A stretch of 64,000 bases of DNA from IMG/VR virus record IMGVR_UViG_3300046692_000130, positions 30,595 through 94,594 of that record; one strand, 5' to 3'. Each line of letters begins with the position of its first letter. Position 1 is the stretch's first letter. Below, piece after piece: positions 54,401 through 62,302 of the stretch. The translations under genes and the position numbers were made by a program. This stretch comes from a virus. Below the pieces are notes generated by a model. The model was not told the origin of the DNA, made no database searches, and saw only the letters and a list, made by a program, of their open reading frames with translations.

Positions 54401-54724
54401 TTAGAAGTTGAGGTACAGGCCGGTCGCCACGGTGAAGGTGCGACGTAGATCTCCGACATAGACGCCCTCAGAGCGGCTGACGACGGTGTACTTGAGTCCG
54501 AGAACACATCCGAACTCGATGTCGTAGGTGTCCATGGCGTTGAGCACGATCTTGACGTAGTTGATTCTGTTCTTCGCGAAGTTCGAAGGCAGACGGAACA
54601 TCAGGAAGTCGCTGCCGCCTACGAAGTTCTTCGCGCCGGTCATAACGATGAGACGGCGACCGCCAAGCTGCTGGCGAATGGTCTCGGCTACGGTCAGGTC
54701 GGTCGTCATGCAATCTGCGCTCAT
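54401..54724 (-). CDS. Conserved phage hypothetical protein
   Basis: A.TI..QLGG....MTGAK...DTYD.EF...TGL pattern. Confidence 0.7.
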   Translation of the reverse strand: MSADCMTTDLTVAETIRQQLGGRRLIVMTGAKNFVGGSDFLMFRLPSNFAKNRINYVKIVLNAMDTYDIEFGCVLGLKYTVVSRSEGVYVGDLRRTFTVATGLYLNF

Positions 54725-54757
54725 CTGTTCACTCCCTCGAAATAACTTACATTTGCG

Positions 54758-54813
54758 ACTGTAGTTTACTGACTGCTTCATGTCAACATTTTTCTTACTG
54801 TATCGCTAAAGAT
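54758..54813 (-). promoter_or_regulatory. Early promoter with upstream AATCTTTAGCGATACAG element
   Basis: TTGACA-17-TACAGT, then N5-ATGTAAG. Confidence 0.8.
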
Positions 54814-54823
54814 TTTGCACGGA

Positions 54824-55057
54824 TTACTTCGACGCCAACTCGCCACACTCACGACATCTGGCACGTTGTGCTCCTGCGCTCCGCTGCCCCTTGTGGCCAC
54901 ACGAGAGCAGGACGGTATCGGTGTCAAACATCCCCTCGGCGAAGCGTAGGACGTCAACCACGTCGCGCAGTGGGCCTTTGTGTGTCTTGCCCTTCATTGG
55001 CGATGGTCGACCGCGCCTACGCTGGCCAAAGGTCTTAGTCATTCCGTAACCGTCCAT
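54824..55057 (-). CDS. Small Zn-finger protein
   Basis: LSCGH...CREC. Confidence 0.55.
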   Translation of the reverse strand: MDGYGMTKTFGQRRRGRPSPMKGKTHKGPLRDVVDVLRFAEGMFDTDTVLLSCGHKGQRSAGAQRARCRECGELASK

Positions 55058-55281
55058 ACTGACTTGCCAGTGAGTTCGAAGTAGATCCCCCGGGTCAGCA
55101 TGTTGATCCTGTCGAGATCTCTAGCCACGGGTTGTGTCCTCGTCATGCTAGGGTCGATCTCCTCAGCCCAGCCATTGGTCAGCTTGTAGGTCATAACTGC
55201 CCAGTGTGCGATCTCTTTCTTCTTGGCCTCACTGATACCGCCCTGAGGCTTGGCGGCAAGCGCTACGCGTGTCTTAGCCAT
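55039..55281 (-). CDS. Hypothetical protein
   Basis: GAGG RBS before MAKTRV. Confidence 0.5.
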   Translation of the reverse strand: MAKTRVALAAKPQGGISEAKKKEIAHWAVMTYKLTNGWAEEIDPSMTRTQPVARDLDRINMLTRGIYFELTGKSVWTVTE

Positions 55282-55690
55282 AGACGACCTCACCGAACAG
55301 GGCAAGCTGCAGCATGACGTCGCCGGTAATCGCGTCAGCGTTCTCGTCGACAACATCCTTGAAGTGGTCGGGATACTTCTCAGCCATAAGCTGGAGACCA
55401 CGGTGGAGTGCAGCGAGATCGAGCTTGACCGGTTCGCGCTCTTCGTCTTCCTTGTCGCCGATCATGAGGTAGCCGCCCTCGTTCATCGGGTAGTCAAGGT
55501 GACGGAAGATCTCCGTCTCGTCAGAGCGATAGACCAGCGCAGGTGGCTCGTGGAACTCGGTGATGGTGTACCAGTAGTTGCTGCCGCCCTCTAAAGCGGT
55601 GCAAAGCAAGCTCTCGATGTCCTCGTTCTTGACGAGAACCTTAGTGGTGATCTCAACGCCCTGCTCTTTGATTGACTTGGTCTCTGCCAT
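55274..55690 (-). CDS. Conserved phage hypothetical protein
   Basis: ALEGGSNYW...DA.TGD..LQ.ALFGEVVYG. Confidence 0.7.
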   Translation of the reverse strand: MAETKSIKEQGVEITTKVLVKNEDIESLLCTALEGGSNYWYTITEFHEPPALVYRSDETEIFRHLDYPMNEGGYLMIGDKEDEEREPVKLDLAALHRGLQLMAEKYPDHFKDVVDENADAITGDVMLQLALFGEVVYG

Positions 55691-55693
55691 GGT

Positions 55694-56119
55694 TTATCTC
55701 CGTTCCTGCTGTGCTGCGATGTACTGGCCGACCGTAAGTCTGCCGGTGGATATGGGTTTGGAAACTTCGGCATCCATCAATGCCAGAACCCGCTCTGGTG
55801 TGTAAGTGTTGCGCTCTGCATTATTCATGAGGCGCAGGATAGCGTCAGCGTCCGTGTTGATTTTGGAGATCGCTGCGTCCCATTCAGGTGTCGACATCAT
55901 GACCGACCAGCCGTTGCCGGTGATCGATACCATAGCGGATCCGTGACGCACGATACCTACACGCTGTGACATCGAACCGTAGTGGTTCCCGCCGCGCTCG
56001 ACCATGAAGGTGAACCAGAAGGCGACCAACTGGTCAGGAGCCAGCGACCAGTCGCACGTTGGTAGATCCGTCTGCGCGTACTTGCTTGACCCGTAATAGA
56101 TTGCTGCTTCAACCTTCAT
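55694..56119 (-). CDS. Hypothetical protein
   Basis: GGGGA RBS after a promoter. Confidence 0.6.
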   Translation of the reverse strand: MKVEAAIYYGSSKYAQTDLPTCDWSLAPDQLVAFWFTFMVERGGNHYGSMSQRVGIVRHGSAMVSITGNGWSVMMSTPEWDAAISKINTDADAILRLMNNAERNTYTPERVLALMDAEVSKPISTGRLTVGQYIAAQQERR

Positions 56120-56158
56120 CGTGCGATCCCCGTGAACCAGAATTATCTTACATTCACG

Positions 56159-56187
56159 ACTGTACCGACCTTGTTGATGCGTGTCAA
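56159..56187 (-). promoter_or_regulatory. Early promoter
   Basis: TTGACA-17-TACAGT, then N5-ATGTAAG. Confidence 0.75.
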
Positions 56188-56236
56188 CTAAATTTCTCAT
56201 GCTTTGCAATTATTTTTGTGCCGTCTCCCGAACGAT

Positions 56237-56270
56237 AAAAAGGCAGAGCGGCAACCAGCACCGTTCTGCC
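56237..56270 (-). terminator. Intrinsic terminator directly preceded by the CGATACAG motif
   Basis: GGCAGAACGG..CCGCTCTGCC followed by TTTTT. Confidence 0.75.
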
Positions 56271-56286
56271 TGTATCGTTTGAGATT

Positions 56287-57147
56287 TTACGCGACAGCGG
56301 GAGTCGGGGTGTAGCCAGTCTTGATCTGTTCCATCTTCTCGGCCACGCGCCAGAGGATCTGGTTCAGCTTGACGTCCTGATCGATGCCCTTGACGGCGCG
56401 AGTGGTGACACGGCGCATGCGACGAGTGCGGTCGTTGTACTGGTCACCGGTGAGACCGCCACGGATGACATTTTCCTGAACGCGGTTGAGAGTCGTGTAG
56501 AGATCCATGTGCCGGTCGGCGCTACGGTTCATCTCAAGAAGTTGGATTGGACGGATGGGTGTGTTGATCTTGCCGTCTGCATCGGCGAACCGGGCAGTGT
56601 GTGCCTCTTCGGCCAGCACCATTGCCTCGGGGTGAGACAACTGGATCTGAGACCAGCGCTCAATCGCGCCCAGAGCCTTCTGGGACTCTTTGGCGATGCG
56701 AAGTGACCCTTCGATCACCTGATCGATCACGTTGCCCTTGTGAGGGACGTGTACGCTGCCCTGAAGGGACTCAGCGATCATTAGTCCGTTACCGCAGATC
56801 AGACGGAAGATCCCGGCCAGCAGACGGTAGGCACTGGTGCCATCGTGCGCGTTGATCATGACTACCTCGGGGAAGTTCTCGCCAGCTTTGGTCGGTACGA
56901 CCGTGTCGACGTGACGGAAGCGAATCATGTGCTTGGTATGGCCGATGCGCGACTTATCCCGGGTGCCTGATTGCTTGGCACTGTAGGGCAGGAAGCCAGC
57001 CTCTTCCATGGCGTTGATGAGATCGCCGGTAGATATGTGGGCGTAGAGATGTGACCGGCTGTCGTGTGGCGCAATGGCGAGGGCAGAGGGGGCTACTTGA
57101 CGGATCTGGTCGAGGGTCAGGGGCTGATTGCGATTGGCGAACAACAT
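56287..57147 (-). CDS. DUF932/DUF945 family protein
   Basis: HTKHMIRFR, NAHDG.SAY..AGIFR.IC.NG and NRVQEN.IRGG motifs. Confidence 0.88.
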   Translation of the reverse strand: MLFANRNQPLTLDQIRQVAPSALAIAPHDSRSHLYAHISTGDLINAMEEAGFLPYSAKQSGTRDKSRIGHTKHMIRFRHVDTVVPTKAGENFPEVVMINAHDGTSAYRLLAGIFRLICGNGLMIAESLQGSVHVPHKGNVIDQVIEGSLRIAKESQKALGAIERWSQIQLSHPEAMVLAEEAHTARFADADGKINTPIRPIQLLEMNRSADRHMDLYTTLNRVQENVIRGGLTGDQYNDRTRRMRRVTTRAVKGIDQDVKLNQILWRVAEKMEQIKTGYTPTPAVA

Positions 57148-57198
57148 GGTCGTTATCTCCTTGGGCTTGGTGTCAGTGGTTGTAGTCGGTGGGGTTGC

Positions 57199-57333
57199 TT
57201 AGTCTTTACGGCGAAAGAACGAACGGTACTCGCCGGGGTTTGCTTCACGCGCTTCCTTGAGCGTTTTGTAATCGGTGTCGCGCCACGTCGGTGCAGCCGT
57301 TGCAGTGTCAGATACAAGTCTCTGGATCTTCAT
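57199..57333 (-). CDS. Small hypothetical protein (44 aa; not in ORF track)
   Basis: AAGGGAG RBS; MKIQRLVSD...RRKD. Confidence 0.5.
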   Translation of the reverse strand: MKIQRLVSDTATAAPTWRDTDYKTLKEAREANPGEYRSFFRRKD

Positions 57334-57358
57334 GTCGTTCTCTCCCTTAGGTGATCTG

Positions 57359-57461
57359 TGTAGGGTGGGTGGGGATATCTTCCCTAGTTACCTCCATTCA
57401 AGGAGGGGGTTTTCGGCCCGTTCCTCTGGGGTTCGCACCCAGCACCCTTCATCGCCCTACA
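57359..57461 (-). ncRNA. Candidate multi-branch leader RNA starting at the promoter +1
   Basis: TGTAGGG/CCCTACA and GGGTG/CACCC helices enclosing up to four short hairpins. Confidence 0.45.
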
Positions 57462-57467
57462 TTCAAA

Positions 57468-57524
57468 ACAATACCGAACATTGCCGACTACGTCAAGCAT
57501 TTTTCTTGCTGTATCGCTAAAGAT
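57468..57524 (-). promoter_or_regulatory. Early promoter with upstream AATCTTTAGCGATACAG element
   Basis: TTGACG-17-TATTGT, then N5-ATGTAGG. Confidence 0.8.
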
Positions 57525-57715
57525 TACTGCAGGGTCAAATCTAAGCCATATAGCTCGATCAGGCGCTTGGCCTCTTTGAGCGCTTCAGTGCGAGTTGTGC
57601 CGGGATACTGGTGCTGGAGATCGTTGGCCAGCCTCGCCTCATCGTTGATGATGTCGCAAAACTTGCCAAGGAACATCGGCTTATTGGGTAGCAGTACAAG
57701 CGTCAGGTTGGTCAT
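57524..57715 (-). CDS. Hypothetical protein
   Basis: Tiles with neighbouring genes. Confidence 0.5.
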   Translation of the reverse strand: MTNLTLVLLPNKPMFLGKFCDIINDEARLANDLQHQYPGTTRTEALKEAKRLIELYGLDLTLQ

Positions 57716-57907
57716 CTAAGCCCTCGGTGTCTTTGATTTGGCCCCGCAGTCGGGACAGGTGAGTGTTGCGCCCGGGTGAACTTCGTTGACGTCCCACGCG
57801 TGTGGCCCTCCCGGTGATGGGATGATCGCGCTGCATGCTGGGCAGTAGATCTCAATGGCGATGACCTTCTTGATCGCCGTCTTCAATCGCTCACCTTCTC
57901 CATGCAC
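57716..57907 (-). CDS. Small Zn-ribbon protein (start uncertain)
   Basis: CPAC...CPDC. Confidence 0.5.
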   Translation of the reverse strand: MHGEGERLKTAIKKVIAIEIYCPACSAIIPSPGGPHAWDVNEVHPGATLTCPDCGAKSKTPRA

Positions 57908-58197
57908 TCACCACAAAACTGCCCCTCGGATTCAACAGGCAAATCACAGTCAGGGCATAAGTGAGTCTTGCAGTCCTTGCAGTTGCAGGGTACGGCGTTC
58001 CTGACGTGGTAGACGGCGTCTGTGACGTTCTCGACCGCATCGGCATGTAAGAGTCCGACTGGATCCGTGAACGACTTCCAGCCCTTGACGTAGCCGATGA
58101 AGATGGGGTTGTCCGACGACCGCTCATCGTTGTAGTCGGCGATGCGGCTGGCGTAGGGCTGCAGAGACTTCGGTAGTGTGCTGTGGAACTGTGCCAT
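57883..58197 (-). CDS. Hypothetical protein with Cys clusters
   Basis: CNCKDC, CPDC..CGEC. Confidence 0.6.
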   Translation of the reverse strand: MAQFHSTLPKSLQPYASRIADYNDERSSDNPIFIGYVKGWKSFTDPVGLLHADAVENVTDAVYHVRNAVPCNCKDCKTHLCPDCDLPVESEGQFCGECMEKVSD

Positions 58198-58199
58198 GG

Positions 58200-58493
58200 T
58201 TAGTCATCATCCTCGTCTTCTTCGACTTCGTACTCCTCGGTGATCGGCTCGATGAAGCAGGTGTAGCCGCGTAGGCTGGCTGTACGCTTCTTGCGTAGTT
58301 CCTTCTCAAACGCATCCAGTTCAAGGTCAGGGATTGGCTCCGCTGTATCGCGAAACCTTCGATTGATATTTGACGCTGCATAATCCACGCATGCGCCCAC
58401 TGGGCTGACACACCACACAATCTTCTTGTCTGGGTTGTCTGGGTAGGTTGCCTTGAGTTCAAACGTCTTGACGATCTTGGTCTTCGTTGCCAT
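58200..58493 (-). CDS. Hypothetical protein with acidic tail
   Basis: GGAG RBS. Confidence 0.55.
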   Translation of the reverse strand: MATKTKIVKTFELKATYPDNPDKKIVWCVSPVGACVDYAASNINRRFRDTAEPIPDLELDAFEKELRKKRTASLRGYTCFIEPITEEYEVEEDEDDD

Positions 58494-58495
58494 GG

Positions 58496-58681
58496 CTACT
58501 TGGCTCCCTCTTCAATCTTGTGAGTGCCTAGCTTGTCGAACCGGAATGGATTCGAGCAGGAGAGACAGAGTCGGGTTTTGATGTCGGTCGCAATCTGCTC
58601 CGTGTGTGCATCACAATAGGGGCAGAGCTTGGAGTTCTTTCCTCGGAGCGGCAAGCTTCCAATTGGTTTCTTAGGTGCCAT
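58496..58681 (-). CDS. Small Zn-ribbon protein
   Basis: CPYC...CLSC. Confidence 0.55.
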   Translation of the reverse strand: MAPKKPIGSLPLRGKNSKLCPYCDAHTEQIATDIKTRLCLSCSNPFRFDKLGTHKIEEGAK

Positions 58682-58691
58682 GGTCTGCCCC

Positions 58692-59069
58692 TTACTTTGA
58701 GAGTAGGTTGTTGGCCTTCAGGATCTCGAAGACGCTGTTGATGACGGAGTCCGGTACGCGCTTCCACTCTGTAAGGTCAACCTGACGGCGACGAACGGCG
58801 GTCTCTTTCTCTTGTGGAGTCTCTAGCCCACAAAACTTGCGCGCCTGTTCTTCTCCCTGATTGACTTCAGCCGTGACTGCTTTGCCATTCACGCGCTCTT
58901 TGAGCGTCCATACTTCGACGATGTCAAAGCGATGGTTGGGCAGCGACCGCTTACGGTTGGCACTGATAGCCCAGCGTAGTCCGTCAGCCGATACGAGTCG
59001 CCTCTTGGCTCCGTCTTGAGTGACTGAGGATGGGCCTCGCAAGCTTGATGTTTTGTACGCTACAGCCAT
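58692..59069 (-). CDS. Hypothetical protein
   Basis: GGAG RBS before MAVAYK. Confidence 0.55.
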   Translation of the reverse strand: MAVAYKTSSLRGPSSVTQDGAKRRLVSADGLRWAISANRKRSLPNHRFDIVEVWTLKERVNGKAVTAEVNQGEEQARKFCGLETPQEKETAVRRRQVDLTEWKRVPDSVINSVFEILKANNLLSK

Positions 59070-59101
59070 GTCGTTAGCTCCGTCGTGCAGGTGTGCAGTT
59101 C

Positions 59102-59278
59102 TTAGGTCAGGTCTGAAAGCCAGATGATTACATGCCCGGGATGCTGCGCCTTGATCATCGTGCGCCCTTCGTCGTCGGTCATGGTGGCAGGGATGGTGAA
59201 CGTCTTCCAGAACGTCTCGCGGGTCGCCAAGTTTTCTAGTTCTACGTTCCACGTCTGCTGTTGCTGCTCGGCTATCAT
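59102..59278 (-). CDS. Small hypothetical protein (58 aa; not in ORF track)
   Basis: GGAG RBS; MIAEQQQQTW... Confidence 0.5.
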   Translation of the reverse strand: MIAEQQQQTWNVELENLATRETFWKTFTIPATMTDDEGRTMIKAQHPGHVIIWLSDLT

Positions 59279-59307
59279 GTCGCTATCTCCGGTGGTGCAG
59301 GTATGGG

Positions 59308-59526
59308 TTATACGAGGTTCCGCATCGCGTAGTCGAGCACTGTTGAGTAGTCGCCCTCGACAACCTTCAGACCGCGCTTGGTCATCTTGGTGACGTAGTA
59401 GATGGTCTTGCCTTCACGGCAGAGTTCACCGACCAGAGCATGAGCCTTGTCCAGCTTGTCAGAGTAGCGGTCGTTTGCACGTTCGCGGCGTCCTTCGTTG
59501 ATCTCTAGCTGGCGGTCGATGTTCAT
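59308..59526 (-). CDS. Hypothetical protein
   Basis: GGAG RBS after a promoter. Confidence 0.6.
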   Translation of the reverse strand: MNIDRQLEINEGRRERANDRYSDKLDKAHALVGELCREGKTIYYVTKMTKRGLKVVEGDYSTVLDYAMRNLV

Positions 59527-59561
59527 GTCGTTGGCTCCGTGTGAACTTGCTTACATTCACA

Positions 59562-59590
59562 ACAGTATAGAAACCGTCTCGACGTGTCAA
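59562..59590 (-). promoter_or_regulatory. Early promoter
   Basis: TTGACA-17-TACTGT, then N5-ATGTAAG. Confidence 0.75.
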
Positions 59591-59745
59591 CAAAAACTTT
59601 GCTGATTCAGTAATTATTTTTGCTTGTCGTGGATAGGATGACTCTGGGTCTTATTGCATGCTATGCAAGTAGGTGCAGACAATCTTGAAGTCCACATTAG
59701 AGGGGGTTTGAACGCATGTGGCTTTGTCTTCCAATAGCCCATGGT

Positions 59746-59940
59746 TCATTCCTCGCCCAGATACTTCAGGTCAAACGATTCAACCTGATCCTCGGTGAGT
59801 CGTTCAGGGTAAGCGATGGATCCGAAGTCGTAACGGCTCCAGTTCTCTTTATGGATGCCCTTGGCGCTCTCGGGGATGAATCCCTTTGGCACGGTGGCAA
59901 AGCCGAACGGGCGTAGCGTCAGTTGGTACCGGTGCGCCAT
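59746..59940 (-). CDS. DarA C-terminal-like domain protein
   Basis: Y.L.LRP.G..TVPKG...G.I.Y...LT..Q...FDL. Confidence 0.6.
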   Translation of the reverse strand: MAHRYQLTLRPFGFATVPKGFIPESAKGIHKENWSRYDFGSIAYPERLTEDQVESFDLKYLGEE

Positions 59941-60155
59941 TACAGCGTCACCTGCACGGGTGTGCTATGGCCGTCGCGCCCGGTGTACCATGCTGCTTTG
60001 ATCTCGTTCTTGTGGTCGGCGCTAAGGCAGTGGCGTAGATGATCGAAGCAGAGCGCTTTAGTCTCCGCTGCCCCATGGATGATCTTGCCGTCCTTCATGT
60101 AGATCTCAAACCGAATCCTGTCCTTCTTAGCCTCTACCATGGTCATCGCCATCAC
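59940..60155 (-). CDS. Hypothetical protein
   Basis: Coupled chain. Confidence 0.5.
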   Translation of the reverse strand: MMAMTMVEAKKDRIRFEIYMKDGKIIHGAAETKALCFDHLRHCLSADHKNEIKAAWYTGRDGHSTPVQVTL

Positions 60156-60412
60156 TTTGTCTCCTGTGCAGAGATCCTAATATGCTCGTCTCCGCGTAGC
60201 CAAGTTACTTCACAATCCCGGGCGTACAAGACACCGGTAGTAGTTGCGGTTGGGTCGTCCATGAAGATTGTGTAGATGAAGTCGTCGCGGTCGTCACGGC
60301 GCACCCGGCGAACTGTGCCAAGTCCGAACTGTGTCGAAACACGCGCACCGGTTCTCGGGTGGTCTGGTACAGGGATAGGATCGGTGCTGGGTGTATTTAT
60401 TGGCATGTTCAT
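60152..60412 (-). CDS. Hypothetical SH3-like protein
   Basis: GARVSTQFGLGTV. Confidence 0.5.
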   Translation of the reverse strand: MNMPINTPSTDPIPVPDHPRTGARVSTQFGLGTVRRVRRDDRDDFIYTIFMDDPTATTTGVLYARDCEVTWLRGDEHIRISAQETK

Positions 60413-60436
60413 TCTCCAAATTCAGGGTTTTGGTGA

Positions 60437-60688
60437 CTACTCACCGTGTGCTGGTACGCCACCGAACGACTCAATCACTACGTCGAGCAGCAACAGGATC
60501 GCGATCATGACAGCGTCCGGTAGGAACTTGAACCACGATGTGAGGATCTTCAGGATCCCTACTCGGTGGCTGGCCATGTGGATGCCGTGCTCTGCAGCCT
60601 TGTGGAAGAAGTGGTGAAAGGCGGGACGAGCGAAGACCACGCCATAGCGGAGAGCGAATACGCCGATTACTTCGATGTAGTGATGCAT
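60437..60688 (-). CDS. His-rich membrane protein
   Basis: GAGGT RBS; hydrophobic segments. Confidence 0.45.
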   Translation of the reverse strand: MHHYIEVIGVFALRYGVVFARPAFHHFFHKAAEHGIHMASHRVGILKILTSWFKFLPDAVMIAILLLLDVVIESFGGVPAHGE

Positions 60689-60774
60689 GTCATTGACCTC
60701 GTGCCAGTATGGTTTTATCTGTATCGTTTGAGATCGACTGCGCCTCTAAGCTCGATCTCCCTGCTACATTCACT

Positions 60775-60831
60775 ACGCTATAGATCGATTGCGATACTGT
60801 CAACTATTTTCTTACTGTATCGCTGAAGATT
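60775..60831 (-). promoter_or_regulatory. Early promoter with two opposed GCGATAC elements straddling the -35
   Basis: TTGACA-17-TAGCGT, then N5-ATGTAG; motif at 60815 and inverted copy at 60791. Confidence 0.7.
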
Positions 60832-60832
60832 C

Positions 60833-61084
60833 TTAGTGTGTCATTCGACGACGCAACTCACCGCGTAACTGTTGCACGAGTCTCGCTGCCTCACGCACGT
60901 CGTGGATAGCGGCTTTGCGATCCTCAGGTGACGCTGCAGCAATCTGCTCGACTAGCGGCACGAACGAGTTCAGGTCACGCTCTACAGTGTCGGCCAATAC
61001 TACGATGGATCGGTTGTCCAGAGTCTCAAGTGGGTACTTCTCAATCCACTCACGCGTTGTGATTACCGTTGGTATAAACGACAT
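60833..61084 (-). CDS. Hypothetical protein
   Basis: GGAGG RBS. Confidence 0.6.
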   Translation of the reverse strand: MSFIPTVITTREWIEKYPLETLDNRSIVVLADTVERDLNSFVPLVEQIAAASPEDRKAAIHDVREAARLVQQLRGELRRRMTH

Positions 61085-61121
61085 GTTGCCTCCGAAAATG
61101 ATTGTGTTGAATCGTTAGCGC

Positions 61122-62036
61122 CTAAGCGGCGATGAAGTATGGTCGGGATGCGAAGCCGAACTTGGGATCCTCATCGGACGGCCTCACGGTCGCCTTGAAC
61201 GTGATTGTTGTACCGCGCTCACTCGGAGCACCAGAGGGCAGCGTCGACCACACCATGAAGCCTTCAGTGGCCTTGACGAGCATCTTGGTGACCATGCCGA
61301 ATGCAGTCTCACGCGTATCCACCTTGACGATGGTGCCGGTGACGGTGATACGACCTGAGGGGCAGGGGGCAGCAGCTTCACGCTCTGCTTCGCGCTGGGC
61401 CTTGATCTCAGGCATGCGCTTGACCTTCTCTACGAGAGATCCGAGGTAGCTCTGGGCGCGCTCACTGATGCTGCCGAACTTGACCAGCTTCAGGACGATG
61501 TCGTTGACGATGCGCGCTGGCTCCTGATCGCGATACTGCTGGCGCATGATGCGAAGCTCTTCCTCGGTGGGGTTCTCTCTGCCCACGAAGAGCGCTGGCG
61601 CGTTCTGGTAGTCCTGAGAGATCTGCCATGCATCGGCCAGACCAATCTCCGCGAGTAGCGCCTGTGCCTTGGCCTTACCAGCCTTGGCTTCGAGTGCCTT
61701 GCTCACTTCCTTACGGAACGTGTTGATGTCGGCGTGGGCCATGTCCATCTTCTCGGCGCAGTCCTCACCCGTACGGATGTAGGTGTTGCTGGGCGCATGG
61801 TGGAAGAGGATCGTGTACATGGCGTTCGCGTTCCCGCAGACGTGGCAGTTGCCGCCATGGGAGTGTGTGGAGTACGCGCCACCTGTCTGGTACATGTGGT
61901 CTTGGATCCGCTTGCGCTGTGCAGCGATGAACATTGAAGCTCCGAGATCTCCGTCCAGCTTGACGTGCTCGTAGGCAACGAACTGGTAGTCCTGAGGGTT
62001 GATCGCTGATGGCCGGTGAATGTCGGTGCGCTTCAT
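61122..62036 (-). CDS. Early protein with Zn finger and C-terminal OB-like domain
   Basis: CHVCG...G.DC; GRITVTGTI...FG...ITFKATV...SRP. Confidence 0.7.
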   Translation of the reverse strand: MKRTDIHRPSAINPQDYQFVAYEHVKLDGDLGASMFIAAQRKRIQDHMYQTGGAYSTHSHGGNCHVCGNANAMYTILFHHAPSNTYIRTGEDCAEKMDMAHADINTFRKEVSKALEAKAGKAKAQALLAEIGLADAWQISQDYQNAPALFVGRENPTEEELRIMRQQYRDQEPARIVNDIVLKLVKFGSISERAQSYLGSLVEKVKRMPEIKAQREAEREAAAPCPSGRITVTGTIVKVDTRETAFGMVTKMLVKATEGFMVWSTLPSGAPSERGTTITFKATVRPSDEDPKFGFASRPYFIAA

Positions 62037-62062
62037 GTCTGATCTCCTTGCTTACATTCCCA

Positions 62063-62091
62063 ACGGTATAGAAGTTGTCCGTCCGCGTCAA
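62063..62091 (-). promoter_or_regulatory. First early promoter of the leftward arm
   Basis: TTGACG-17-TACCGT, then N5-ATGTAAG. Confidence 0.7.
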
Positions 62092-62152
62092 CTATTTTCT
62101 TTATGCAATGCATGTTTTTTCTTGCTGGTCTAAATTTGCATCTAAACCTGTC

Positions 62153-62302
62153 ATGGAGATGGAAGAGACCGACATCGAGGTCATCACCGAGGATCTATGC
62201 GCGATGTATGGGTGTGAGCGTTGCCCGGGCCACGTCACGAGCGACGATGGTACGCCGGTGTTTTGTACGCATGAGTGCCACAGAGTGGACGCCGACGCCT
62301 AG
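62153..62302 (+). CDS. Small divergent Cys/His-rich protein (49 aa)
   Basis: C..CERC...CTHECH; followed by a hairpin. Confidence 0.4.
   Translation: MEMEETDIEVITEDLCAMYGCERCPGHVTSDDGTPVFCTHECHRVDADA

Noticed and set aside
57359-57461. Hammerhead ribozyme (GATGA...CGAAA)
   Set aside because: No CTGANGA core in the right helical arrangement.
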